Below, in pieces: positions 45,001 to 52,221 of a stretch of 64,000 nt of DNA. Each line of letters begins with the position of its first letter. Position 1 is the first letter of the stretch. Location: contig JBFLZG010000114.1 in assembly GCA_040756235.1 (NCBI GenBank), forward strand, positions 73,125 to 137,124. The letters run 5' to 3'. This DNA comes from a bacterium. GTDB lineage: Bacteria > Desulfobacterota > DSWW01. Made by a program: the position numbers and the translations under genes. The notes beneath the pieces were generated by a model. The model had not been told where the DNA came from. It did not search any database and was given only the letters and a program-made list of their open reading frames with translations.

Positions 45001-47911
45001 GGCTTTCTCGACGGCAGCCGAGGAGGCAGCAGCACACTCGGGCGGGATCTGCGGATCCACCAAGGCCTTTCAGCAGGAGTTTCCCGGGAGCTCGTGCACG
45101 GTGCTCGACCTGGACGCCGCACTTCGGCTCGAGGACAAATGGAGGTTCATCGAGCAGGAGCTCTTCGCGGCAGGGCCCCTGGAAGTGGGTCGGGACCAGA
45201 GGGGCTGCCGCACAGGCATATCGCTCGAGCCGGTCAAGCAACCCGGATCGCCTGCCCGGGCGATCCGGCCCGGGGACGTGATCCTGGCTACCGGGGGCGC
45301 CAAGGGGATCACCGCGGAATGTCTCAAGGCCCTGGCAAGGAGGGGAGCTTCCCGCATCGCCATGCTCGGCACGAGCCCGGAACCGGGGCATGAAGACGCT
45401 GCGAGAATGAGCTATTCGAGCGATCAGTGGGCCGGGCAGAAGAAGGCGCTCATCGAGCAGGCCCGCTCCGGAGGAGGGAAACCGAAGCCTGCGGAGCTGG
45501 AGTCTCGATGGTCTCAGATGAAGGGCATGGCCGAGGCGGCCAGGACCTTCGAGGCATTGCGTCAGACCGGGGCCGAGATCCTCTACCTGCAGGCAGACGT
45601 CGCGGATCCTGCGGGTCTCGCCGCCGCCGTCCGGCAGGTGAAGTCCCGCTGGGGCCGGATCGACATGGTCATCCACGGGGCGGGAAGGGAGGAGAGCAAG
45701 AGCCTGGCGAAGAAATCGGCGGGCACGATGAGGAGGCTCTACGATATCAAAGTCGCTGGCCTGCAGAACCTGCGCACGGCCGTGGGGGATGCGGGGATGC
45801 AGCCGGAGCTCTGGATCCTCTTCTCCAGCGTCAGCGGCCGATTCGGCAACGCCGGCCAGAACGACTACAGCGCCGCCAACGAGGCCCTCAACTTTGCCGC
45901 GCGCTTTCACCGGCTGCATGCGAAGGGTGCGCGCTTCCTGGCGCCCAACTGGGGCCCTTGGGCGGAAGTGGGCATGGCGGCCCGAGGCAGCACGCCCGAG
46001 GCGATGAAGGCCAAGGGAATCGCCCTCCTGCCGCCCGGGGAAGCGACCGATGCGCTTTCCAGGCTCATCGGCCGCTCCGATCTGGCGGGCGATCTGATCG
46101 TGACCGGCAAGCTCGGGGAGGATTTCGGCCGGGACGCTCTGGCGTCGCAAGCGGAACGGGAAGCATTGGAGCAGAGAGTGGCTTCCGACCTGGGAAGCCT
46201 CGGCGCCGAGGTCCGGGAATACGTGCCGGGCGTGAGGCTGGTCTTGCGCCTGGATCTTTCTCCGGCGACAGCGAATTTTCTCGATCACCACCGCATCTCC
46301 GGAACCGCGGTCCTGCCGGGCGTGGCGGCCCTGGGGCTCTTCGCCTATGGAGCCGCTCGGCTCGCCGGCTCCCGGCACCTTCACGGGTTCGAAGACGTGG
46401 TATTCGAGAGACCTCTCAAGTTCCATCAGGACCGGACCACGCCGGTTGAAATCGAGCTGAGCCGAGCAGGCGAGGCGGGCGGCGGCGATGGGAGAATGGT
46501 CTTCGATGCGTGCCTGAGAAGCTACCTGCCGCCTCTCCCCAAGGCTTCCGCGCCTGCGCCGCGGGAAATCCTGCATCACCGAGCCCGGGCGGTCACGGGC
46601 CGCGCACCCGTTGTCCTCGAGCCCTCGAGCCTTCCGGCGTTGCCGATCGGTGAGATCGTCTCCAAGCGGGAGATCTACGAGAGACTGTTTCATGGGCCGC
46701 TCTTCCAGGTCCTCTCCTCGGTCCAGGGATGCGCGGACCGCTGCCTGCAGGCGCAGATGGATCCCGAGAGGAACGTGCTGCTCGGAGGGCAGGGAAGCCC
46801 GATGGAGGGCACGCGCCCTGCCCTGGTCGAGGCCGGCTTTCAGGCTGCCGGACTCTGGGCCATGATCGAGCGCCGCGTAGTCTGCCTGCCCCATCGAGTG
46901 GAACGAATCATCCTCGCGAGCGCGAGCGGCCCTCCGTCCCGGGTGCAGGCGGCCCATCGTGAGTACCGGGCCGGAGAGCACCCGCAGTACGTCTTCGATG
47001 CAGAGATTCAGGACCGCGCAGGCCGGCCCGCGGCCCGGCTGGAGGGGCTCTCCCTGATCCAGATGGACACGCTTCCGGAAGCGCTCGGCTTTCGCATCGA
47101 GGGGGCGGCATCGGAGAGAGAAGAGCACGGCTTCATCGAGGAGCTCGTCTTCATCTCCGATCTCCGGAAAACCCTGGAGGCGAAGGGCAGCGCCGGAATC
47201 CGGGAGATCCTGCACCCTGCGGAGCTCGAGGTCTTCCGAAAATGGAAACACCCGACCCGGGCCTGGGCGTGGCTGGGCGGACGGGCGGCTGCCAAGAAGG
47301 CCCTGCACAGGTTTCTCCGGGAAAGGAGAGGAGAGGATCTTCCGCTCCGGGAGATCCTGATCTGGAACGATGAAGCGGGCAAGCCCTTCTGCAACGTTGC
47401 CGGCGTGCACCTGTCGATCGCCCACAAGGAGACGATGGCCCTGGGCGCGGTCGCGGACGAGGAGGAGTTCGACGGGATCGGGGTCGACCTGGAGGCCGTC
47501 GCCTCCCTGGATCCTGCAACGGTGGAGCAGTTCTTCACGGCCGGGGAGCAGCAGCTCGCCATGGAGATGATCCGGCGTTCGGGAAGGGACGGGATGGCCT
47601 GTTTCAGCCACCTCTGGTCCCTGAAGGAGGCGGCGCTGAAGACGTTGGGGCTGGGTCTGAGGGTCGACACGCGGCAGGTCGAAGTGACCGCCGTGTCTCC
47701 TGCGGGCCGAGCCGAGATCGCGCTGCACGACGTGCCCCCGGGCGACGGCAGCGGAGCCGGCCCTTGCCCTCACCGCGGCCTGTCCGCCTGGATCGAGGAG
47801 AGAGAGGGGCACGTCATCGCACGATCCTGGTTCAGGCGATGCAGCTCCTGCAGACCCCAGGCAGAGAGAGAAGATGCATCGAGCGAGGTGAGGCAACATG
47901 AAAGGATTTGA
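39038..47911 (+). CDS. type I polyketide/fatty acid megasynthase KS-AT-KS-ACP-ACP-KR-DH-PPTase
   Basis: KS1 DAACAS/EAHGTAT/GHLKSA; AT FPGQGSQY/GHSLG/AAFHS; KS2 NGACAS/HETYT/GHPLG; two ACPs LEADLGIDTIKQ; KR TGGAKGI/YSAAN; DH HRISGTAVLP; Sfp-type PPTase GVDLE/WSLKEAALK. Confidence 0.93.
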   Translation: MSTDEARQLGKALDVAIVGLGGIFPDAPGIGAFWANIRGGRNSIAEIPPERWDPQVFFHPDRHAPDKTYCKIGAFIRGFKFDPLRYQIPPRTARQMDRSQQLAIAAVEEAIQDAGLCREVLREKSTAVILGNTLGGESIDRSALRVYASWMARELAARGLGPPAKTNGSLESSICEILDQLAPALNEDSLPGELPNVIAGRVAAVFDLHGQSCVVDAACASAMAAVAQAVRVLRMEEADLAISGGVDSNMSPSVFVKFSKIGALSPDGSRPFDRKANGFVMGEGAGILVLKRLEDAIRDRDRIYAVIKGVGASSDGKGKGITAPNPEGQRRAIEAAFRTAGICPSTVGLVEAHGTATPVGDRTELSVLEGFWKSAGAASQGTAIGSIKSQIGHLKSAAGAASLVKTALAVHHGILPPSINCPEPLPSLCNGSPFFIPSSEMPWPSGDRPRRAAVSAFGFGGTNFSIVLEQAPSASPARCNKNKPEKEKSMPVEVRATPAPRFYPIVAADRSRPALRRKLEDLCARFRTCEDLREWSERERTPAGSDRFRVALAAATPEDLRARIQPVLAMLEDPSRDELAAARGIHVVANPCGQDAKVAFLFPGQGSQYAFMLHDLKETYPIVRKTFEEADTVLAGLLDRPLSRYIFSEEDREGAEDYLRQTRITQPAVLAADTAMFRLLTSLGISPDMVAGHSLGEYGACVAAGVLSFPDALHAVSLRGKAMAEIDVPDPGKMVAVVADESTVLRLAQGIPGYLEIANKNGPLQMVVAGESQPIQVFQEKCARAGINSVELNVSAAFHSKIVAVAKGPYGRVLRELEMRPPRIPIYANLTGDLYPADAGATGKILELLNEQFAAPVEWIKTMENMYSDGARVFIECGPKKVLSNLARMNLEGRPALVLDSNHPKKPALEQLCSLVALLRANGREAHWPGGNGSFPREIGIPAPSPARVPAPATEQAASSAAGKETQPGRSQSSPKERSQSSGAGGAAFPVMTGYSLGFPSFERGLFDPMNMAEVMQGRGFISPLSDEERHKVLDKGVRRLEKKPDGETYFHDVEALEEVIQLAGIKGPFDLVEEYGVDERLAKYMDASSKMAIAAALEALRDAGIPLVRSYKRTKSGRLLPGQWMLPESLRDETGVIFASALPNGDTLVEEVTAYLKAKLNAHARKLWVDSVSSILPKLRDPDARDLIGQWFSETFAQLKSEIGDDAYHITDGFLFKACTLGHAQVAQYVGARGPNTNVNGACASMAQAVIIARDWIVTGRAKRVLVVGADDSTNQTLLQWVGTGFLASGAASTKARVEEAALPFDNRRNGMILGSGAVGVVLEADEEAEHRGVKPVARLIETEFANSAYHVSRLEVDHIAAVMERMISRWERESGGDRHALARDLIFMSHETYTPKRGGSAQAEVEALKRVFGPAHKDILITNVKGYTGHPLGGGLEEGVVLACLEQGQVPPLPNFREVDPELGELNYSKGGPHKFKHALRLAAGFGSQICLTLVEYAGRTPDDKVLPRYQEWLREVVGSPRVELEVVKNVLRVAENGSDQKEAPSDSPAAPAAAASIPAARPDPVPPTRAAQPQEGPRAPSRREPVEKPGRSATGEQDVLEEVIGAQSGPQPINGENAVAEAVLSLVAEKTGYPPDMLDLDLDLEADLGIDTIKQAELFGEIRKAFALPPAEGLKIADFPTLRRVIQWAEGRLAANLPTAPLPPAQLTDPVREVDSSKAAPQPLPGQVRTTTEAPAGKQDLLLPAAEPKGAAEGEVTASILSMVAEKTGYPPDMLDLDLDLEADLGIDTIKQAELFGEIRKAFALPPAEGLKIADFPTLRRIVRWVEGRIAESAGSAGPGEAGQQAVASETGGPSLSMIDTLVPVPVDLPDVSKESPVPEPGCVLLAGGPEELCILLSRSLQARGIRCVRAARDVLLQDDSWLRGLAGTPEAGVVNLLGLEPGPQSVYATFALNRALAAQHEVTPTRILAVIAMGGSFLLGSSSLAFSTAAEEAAAHSGGICGSTKAFQQEFPGSSCTVLDLDAALRLEDKWRFIEQELFAAGPLEVGRDQRGCRTGISLEPVKQPGSPARAIRPGDVILATGGAKGITAECLKALARRGASRIAMLGTSPEPGHEDAARMSYSSDQWAGQKKALIEQARSGGGKPKPAELESRWSQMKGMAEAARTFEALRQTGAEILYLQADVADPAGLAAAVRQVKSRWGRIDMVIHGAGREESKSLAKKSAGTMRRLYDIKVAGLQNLRTAVGDAGMQPELWILFSSVSGRFGNAGQNDYSAANEALNFAARFHRLHAKGARFLAPNWGPWAEVGMAARGSTPEAMKAKGIALLPPGEATDALSRLIGRSDLAGDLIVTGKLGEDFGRDALASQAEREALEQRVASDLGSLGAEVREYVPGVRLVLRLDLSPATANFLDHHRISGTAVLPGVAALGLFAYGAARLAGSRHLHGFEDVVFERPLKFHQDRTTPVEIELSRAGEAGGGDGRMVFDACLRSYLPPLPKASAPAPREILHHRARAVTGRAPVVLEPSSLPALPIGEIVSKREIYERLFHGPLFQVLSSVQGCADRCLQAQMDPERNVLLGGQGSPMEGTRPALVEAGFQAAGLWAMIERRVVCLPHRVERIILASASGPPSRVQAAHREYRAGEHPQYVFDAEIQDRAGRPAARLEGLSLIQMDTLPEALGFRIEGAASEREEHGFIEELVFISDLRKTLEAKGSAGIREILHPAELEVFRKWKHPTRAWAWLGGRAAAKKALHRFLRERRGEDLPLREILIWNDEAGKPFCNVAGVHLSIAHKETMALGAVADEEEFDGIGVDLEAVASLDPATVEQFFTAGEQQLAMEMIRRSGRDGMACFSHLWSLKEAALKTLGLGLRVDTRQVEVTAVSPAGRAEIALHDVPPGDGSGAGPCPHRGLSAWIEEREGHVIARSWFRRCSSCRPQAEREDASSEVRQHERI
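43924..44502 (+). repeat. intragenic direct repeat encoding the two ACP domains
   Basis: Copies of about 168 bp at 43924-44091 and 44335-44502 (offset 411); by eye only 5 differences, all synonymous. Confidence 0.9.
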
Positions 47912-49742
47912 CTATTCCGATCTGCGGTTCGTGTTCGAGCACGGCATCCCGTGGGCCCGGATCGGGGAGGCCAGGGGGCAGACCGAGGACTGGTCCGGGG
48001 AATACCTCATGACCCTGGACAACGCGGCCAGGTTTTGCCGCGACAAGGTCGCTCCCCGGGCCGCGCTCGCGGATGAAGAGGAGTGCCGGCTGGAGGCGGA
48101 CGAAACCGGAAAGAAGCGCGTGCGACTTCCCCGGTCGATCCTGGAAGGGCTGGAACAGCTGAAAGGGATCGGCGCCTTCTGCGGCATGACCTTCCCCGAG
48201 GAGCACGGAGGTCTCGGGTTCCCGCTCACGGTCTCTTTCGGGCTGGGCGAGGTGCTCTCCATGGGCGACTCGAGCCTGGGGCTGACCCCGATGCTCCAGG
48301 AAGGCGTCGGACAGGTGCTGCTCGAGTTCGCCGACGAGAAGGTCACGCAGGCGTACCTCCCCAAGCTCGTGAGCGGCGAGAGGATCTGCTCCATGGGCCT
48401 GACCGAGCCTGCGGCCGGCTCGGACCTGGCCAACATGCGGACGGTGGCGGTGCCTGCCGACGGCCGCGCGGGAGGCCGGCAGGCGCGCGTCCGGGAGCTG
48501 GAGCAACTGGGAAAGGTCTACCTCCTGAACGGCACCAAGATCTTCATCACGAACGGGTTCGGGGACGTGCTGGCGCTCGCCCGTACGGCGGAGGGGATCA
48601 GCACGTTTCTGGTCAGCGCCGAGGACAAGGAAGTCCCGCGCATCGAGAAGAAGCTCGGGATCCGGGGCTCCGCGACCTGTGAGGTGCTGTTCGAGGACTC
48701 CCCCGGCATCCTCATCGGCGAGCCCGGCCGGGGGCTCGTGCCCAACATGCTCAAGCTCATGCACATCGCGCGGGTCGGGGTGGCCTGCCAGTCCCTGGGG
48801 ATCGCGCAGCGGGCCCATGCGCTGGCCTTCGATTATGCCACCCGAGACCGGGTCCAGTTCGGGGTGCCGATCGCCGCTCACGGGCCGGTCCGCAAGATCC
48901 TCTTCGAGAACGAGCTGCAGCTCCAGGCCACGCGGGCCTTGACCTATCTGGCCTCCGCCTATTTCGATCTGAAGGAGTCGACCCGGCTGACGATGCGGAG
49001 TCTCGATCCTCAGGGTCCGGCGGCACCCGAGCTGAAGAGCCGGCTCGCCCGCTACGCACGCATCGTCGACCTGCTGGTCCCGATGTGCAAGTACGACGCC
49101 GCCGAGCTGGCCAACCAGGTCGCCTATTCCTCCCTGCAGGTGTTCGGCGGCTACGGCTTCACCCGGGAATACCCGCTCGAGCGCCTCTACCGGGACGTGC
49201 GGATCACCAGCATCTACGAGGGGACGAGCCAGATCCAGCTGAGGGAGGTGTTCAACGGGGCGTACTCGACGGAGAAGATCGGGCTCCTCAACCAGCTCAA
49301 ATGCGGCGGCGGCCGGACGTTCGTGGAGACGGACAGGAACCGCCTGTTCGTCGATCTCCTTCTGGACGAGCTCGCCGGCGAGATCCGGAGCCTGGGCGGG
49401 TCGGCACCCTGGCTGCAGGGGGTCCAGGAGATGCGCGCTTGTCTGAGAAGGGCCCGGGAGGAATGCTTCCTCCAGGAGCAGAAGCGCGCCAGGGAAGCCG
49501 GGAAGAGCTACCTTTCTCTCTACCAGAGAGAATTCGTGGATCTGCTGGGCCTCAGCTTCAAGGCCCTGGCCCTCATGCGGCAGGCCCTCGCCTCGCCTGC
49601 CAAGATCGCGGCGGCCGGCGCGTTCGTCGAAAGGGCCGTGCCGCTGGCCGAGTACCTCGAGAGCCGCATTCGACGCGGCACCGACGATCTGATCACGGAT
49701 GGTTATGAGGCGGTCATGCACATGGCCCAGGCCGTAGCCTAG
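47898..49742 (+). CDS. acyl-CoA/acyl-ACP dehydrogenase family protein
   Basis: SMGLTEPAAGSDL, NGTKIFITNG, KLGIRGSAT, QVFGGYGF, IYEGTSQIQ; overlaps the PKS stop. Confidence 0.9.
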   Translation: MKGFDYSDLRFVFEHGIPWARIGEARGQTEDWSGEYLMTLDNAARFCRDKVAPRAALADEEECRLEADETGKKRVRLPRSILEGLEQLKGIGAFCGMTFPEEHGGLGFPLTVSFGLGEVLSMGDSSLGLTPMLQEGVGQVLLEFADEKVTQAYLPKLVSGERICSMGLTEPAAGSDLANMRTVAVPADGRAGGRQARVRELEQLGKVYLLNGTKIFITNGFGDVLALARTAEGISTFLVSAEDKEVPRIEKKLGIRGSATCEVLFEDSPGILIGEPGRGLVPNMLKLMHIARVGVACQSLGIAQRAHALAFDYATRDRVQFGVPIAAHGPVRKILFENELQLQATRALTYLASAYFDLKESTRLTMRSLDPQGPAAPELKSRLARYARIVDLLVPMCKYDAAELANQVAYSSLQVFGGYGFTREYPLERLYRDVRITSIYEGTSQIQLREVFNGAYSTEKIGLLNQLKCGGGRTFVETDRNRLFVDLLLDELAGEIRSLGGSAPWLQGVQEMRACLRRAREECFLQEQKRAREAGKSYLSLYQREFVDLLGLSFKALALMRQALASPAKIAAAGAFVERAVPLAEYLESRIRRGTDDLITDGYEAVMHMAQAVA

Positions 49743-49783
49743 GAGGCCGTCGATCAACGGCCATCTGCGGCGTTGCGCTCATG
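49743..49783 (+). mobile_element. MITE left-end remnant
   Basis: GAGGCCGTCGATCAACGGCCATCTGCGGCGTTGCGCTCATG nearly matches 32074-32114; follows the ACAD TAG. Confidence 0.75.
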
Positions 49784-49810
49784 ACGTATTTTTTGGGGGG
49801 AGGGTTTGAC

Positions 49811-51064
49811 ATGGCGACCAATCTGACTGAAGGACTCATGAAGAGTCGGTACGCGGACTTCGATGAGGGCGCCCGGTCCGCCGAGATCTTCGACAAGGCC
49901 TACCGTTTCGGACTGCTGGGCGAGATCCGCAATGCCGGACTGTACCCGTACTACAAGACCATTCAGAGGAATGACGGCGCGGTGGCGCTGATCGACGGCA
50001 AACAAACCCTCATGTTCGGCTCCAACAACTACCTCGGGCTCACGGCCCATCCGGAGGTCAGGAAGGCGGCCGCGGACGCGGCGCTGGAATACGGCACCAG
50101 CATGACCGGCTCGCGTCTGCTGAACGGGTCGACGCCTCTGCACGAGGCGCTGGAAGAGGACCTTGCGAGCTTCGTCGGCAAGCCGGACGCCCTGGTCTTC
50201 GCGACCGGCTACCAGTCCAACGTGGGCGCCATCAGCGCCCTGGTCGGCAAGGGATCGTGCGCCGTCGTAGACCGATTGTCACACGCGAGCATCCACGACG
50301 CGCTCCGGGTTGCCAAGGGAGAGTCGAAGAAGTTCAACCACAATGACATGGGGGATCTGGAGCGAGCGCTGCAGGAGTTGCCGCGCGAGACGGGCAAGAT
50401 CATCGTGGTGGACGGAGTCTTCAGTATGGAGGGGGACGTCGCCAGGCTGCCGGAGATCGTCGCTCTCGCGAGACGGCACGACACGCGGATCTACGTGGAC
50501 GATGCCCACGGCATCGGCGTCCTGGGAAACGGCGGAAGGGGCACTGCAGATCATTTCGGGCTCGCCGACCAGGTCGATCTCATCATGGGGACGTTCAGCA
50601 AGTCCCTGGCCTCGATCGGCGGATTCGTCGCCGGCCAGAAGAGCATCGTCGACTATATCCGGCACTTCGGAAGGGCCATCCTGTTCAGCGCGAGCCTCGC
50701 TCCTCCGAATGTGGCCGCAGCCAGGAAAGCTCTCGAAATCATCCGGAGGGAGCCCGAGCGCGTGCAAAGGGTGCTGAAGAACGGGAGAAGGCTCCGCGAC
50801 GGACTGCGGCAGTGCGGCTTCGAGGTCGGCCGGAGCGAGACGGCGGTCGTTCCGGTGGTGACGGGCGCCGAGCTCCCGACGCTTCTCATGTGGCGCGACC
50901 TCCTGGACGCGGGGGTGTTCGTCAACCCCGTGCTGTATCCCGCGGTGCCCAGGGACAAGGCCCTTCTGCGTACCAGTACGCTGGCCACGCATACGGAAGA
51001 ACAGATCGATCTGGCCATCGAGAGGATGGAGCGGGTCGGCAAAAACCTGGGCGTGATTGCGTAG
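49811..51064 (+). CDS. PLP-dependent alpha-oxoamine synthase, serine palmitoyltransferase-like
   Basis: FGSNNYLGL, GSRLLNG, SHASI, DGVFSMEGD, DDAHG, GTFSKSLASIGG (SPT-type lysine motif). Confidence 0.88.
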   Translation: MATNLTEGLMKSRYADFDEGARSAEIFDKAYRFGLLGEIRNAGLYPYYKTIQRNDGAVALIDGKQTLMFGSNNYLGLTAHPEVRKAAADAALEYGTSMTGSRLLNGSTPLHEALEEDLASFVGKPDALVFATGYQSNVGAISALVGKGSCAVVDRLSHASIHDALRVAKGESKKFNHNDMGDLERALQELPRETGKIIVVDGVFSMEGDVARLPEIVALARRHDTRIYVDDAHGIGVLGNGGRGTADHFGLADQVDLIMGTFSKSLASIGGFVAGQKSIVDYIRHFGRAILFSASLAPPNVAAARKALEIIRREPERVQRVLKNGRRLRDGLRQCGFEVGRSETAVVPVVTGAELPTLLMWRDLLDAGVFVNPVLYPAVPRDKALLRTSTLATHTEEQIDLAIERMERVGKNLGVIA

Positions 51065-51082
51065 CGGCTGCCCCCTCTCGCT

Positions 51083-51910
51083 CTACTTCTGCAGGCGGTA
51101 GCGCGTGTAGACCAGCTCCCTGTTTTGAAAGCGGAGATAAGGCCCGGAGCCTTCCAGCGCGGCAAAGTGCGCCAGGAGGCGGTGCAGGAAGCGCGGCGCG
51201 AGGCGCTCGATCAACTCTTCCACGTCGCCCGTCGTTTGCCGCAGGGCCTCCACCACCCGGGGCGTAATATCCTCCTTTTCCAGCACCCCGAACCCGGCCG
51301 CGGCGAGGCCCGCGTCGACCTCGGCCGCCCGGTCCGCAGGCCGGAAGTCGGCGTACAGGAACTGCCCTGCCGGGCGCAGCACCCGGTGCACCTCACGGTA
51401 GAACACGGGAGGGTTCGGGTAACAGTGGGAGGCTTCTACGTTCACTACCGCATCGAGGCTGGCGGCAGGCAGCGGCAGATCCTCGGCATCGCCGACCCGG
51501 TAGAGAATCCCCAGATGCCCGTGCCGGGCACGGCAGTAATCGATGGCCGCCGGATTCTGGTCGATGGCCGTGAAGGAACCGGGGCGGTGATACCGCTGGA
51601 TGAAGGAGGACCCGCCGCCGTGGCCGCAGCTGACTTCGAGGATGGCCTTTCCTGCCAGCGCGGCGCCTTCGACCACGCGCTGGTAGAGCAGGATCATGGG
51701 GCGGTCGGGCTCGTCGCAGGATTCCAGCGCCAGAGTGGGGCTGCCCGGCGGAGGGACGTATCCGTAGTTGAGAAAGGTCACCGCACGGCCGTGCTTGCGG
51801 ATCCGTCCGGTCAGGTAGCCGTACCATTTCCTCCAGAGGAAGCGGCGCACGGCGGGCGTGAACAGCCGCGGCACAAGCCTGTTCGAGATGGACTGCCGTA
51901 TGCCCGACAT
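51083..51910 (-). CDS. class I SAM-dependent lipid O-methyltransferase (phthiotriol/fatty-acid methyltransferase-like)
   Basis: FLNYGY, LEVSCGHGGG, NVEASHCYP, VLRPAGQFLYADFR; ATG 51910 with GAGGAG. Confidence 0.82.
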   Translation of the reverse strand: MSGIRQSISNRLVPRLFTPAVRRFLWRKWYGYLTGRIRKHGRAVTFLNYGYVPPPGSPTLALESCDEPDRPMILLYQRVVEGAALAGKAILEVSCGHGGGSSFIQRYHRPGSFTAIDQNPAAIDYCRARHGHLGILYRVGDAEDLPLPAASLDAVVNVEASHCYPNPPVFYREVHRVLRPAGQFLYADFRPADRAAEVDAGLAAAGFGVLEKEDITPRVVEALRQTTGDVEELIERLAPRFLHRLLAHFAALEGSGPYLRFQNRELVYTRYRLQK

Positions 51911-52162
51911 GGGGCTCCTCAGCGAAGCGGCGACCCGCAAGGACCATCGGAGATTGCGAGGACCGAAGGTCCGTGGCAACCTTCCGGGCCCGACAAAAGA
52001 TCCGGTGCAGGGAGATCCCTCGCTGCGCTCGGGACTTCGGGTCGCCACGCTCGACGCAGGATGGGACAAGAGGCGGCCCGCTGTCAACCGCTGCGTTCGC
52101 TCCGCGTGCGCCGGCGCCATGAAGGAAGCCCGGTCCCCTCCTCCGCCGGCGCCCGCGGCTGT

Positions 52163-52209
52163 TTGACAGGGGACAGGGTCATGCCTAGAATGCGGGTAAA
52201 TAACCCGCA
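52163..52209 (+). promoter_or_regulatory. sigma70 promoter plus 19-bp palindromic operator
   Basis: TTGACA-N17-TAGAAT, overlapped at its last T by TGCGGGTAAATAACCCGCA (52191-52209). Confidence 0.7.
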
Positions 52210-52221
52210 AAGGGGCGCGCC

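Noticed and set aside
44663..47899. 1078-aa minus-strand ORF inside the PKS, and similar long shadows such as 27932-30403, 10309-12705 and 34579-36699
   Set aside because: Antisense shadows of well-supported genes in high-GC DNA, with no domain motifs.
39038..47911. Calling the PKS a PUFA synthase (pfa) or enediyne PksE
   Set aside because: No PfaB/C/D or enediyne thioesterase cassette, and the extra KS and Thr-ACPs fit neither.
49811..51064. BioF (biotin synthesis) assignment
   Set aside because: No bio genes nearby, and the GTFSKS motif and N-terminus look SPT-like; a phylogeny is needed to settle it.
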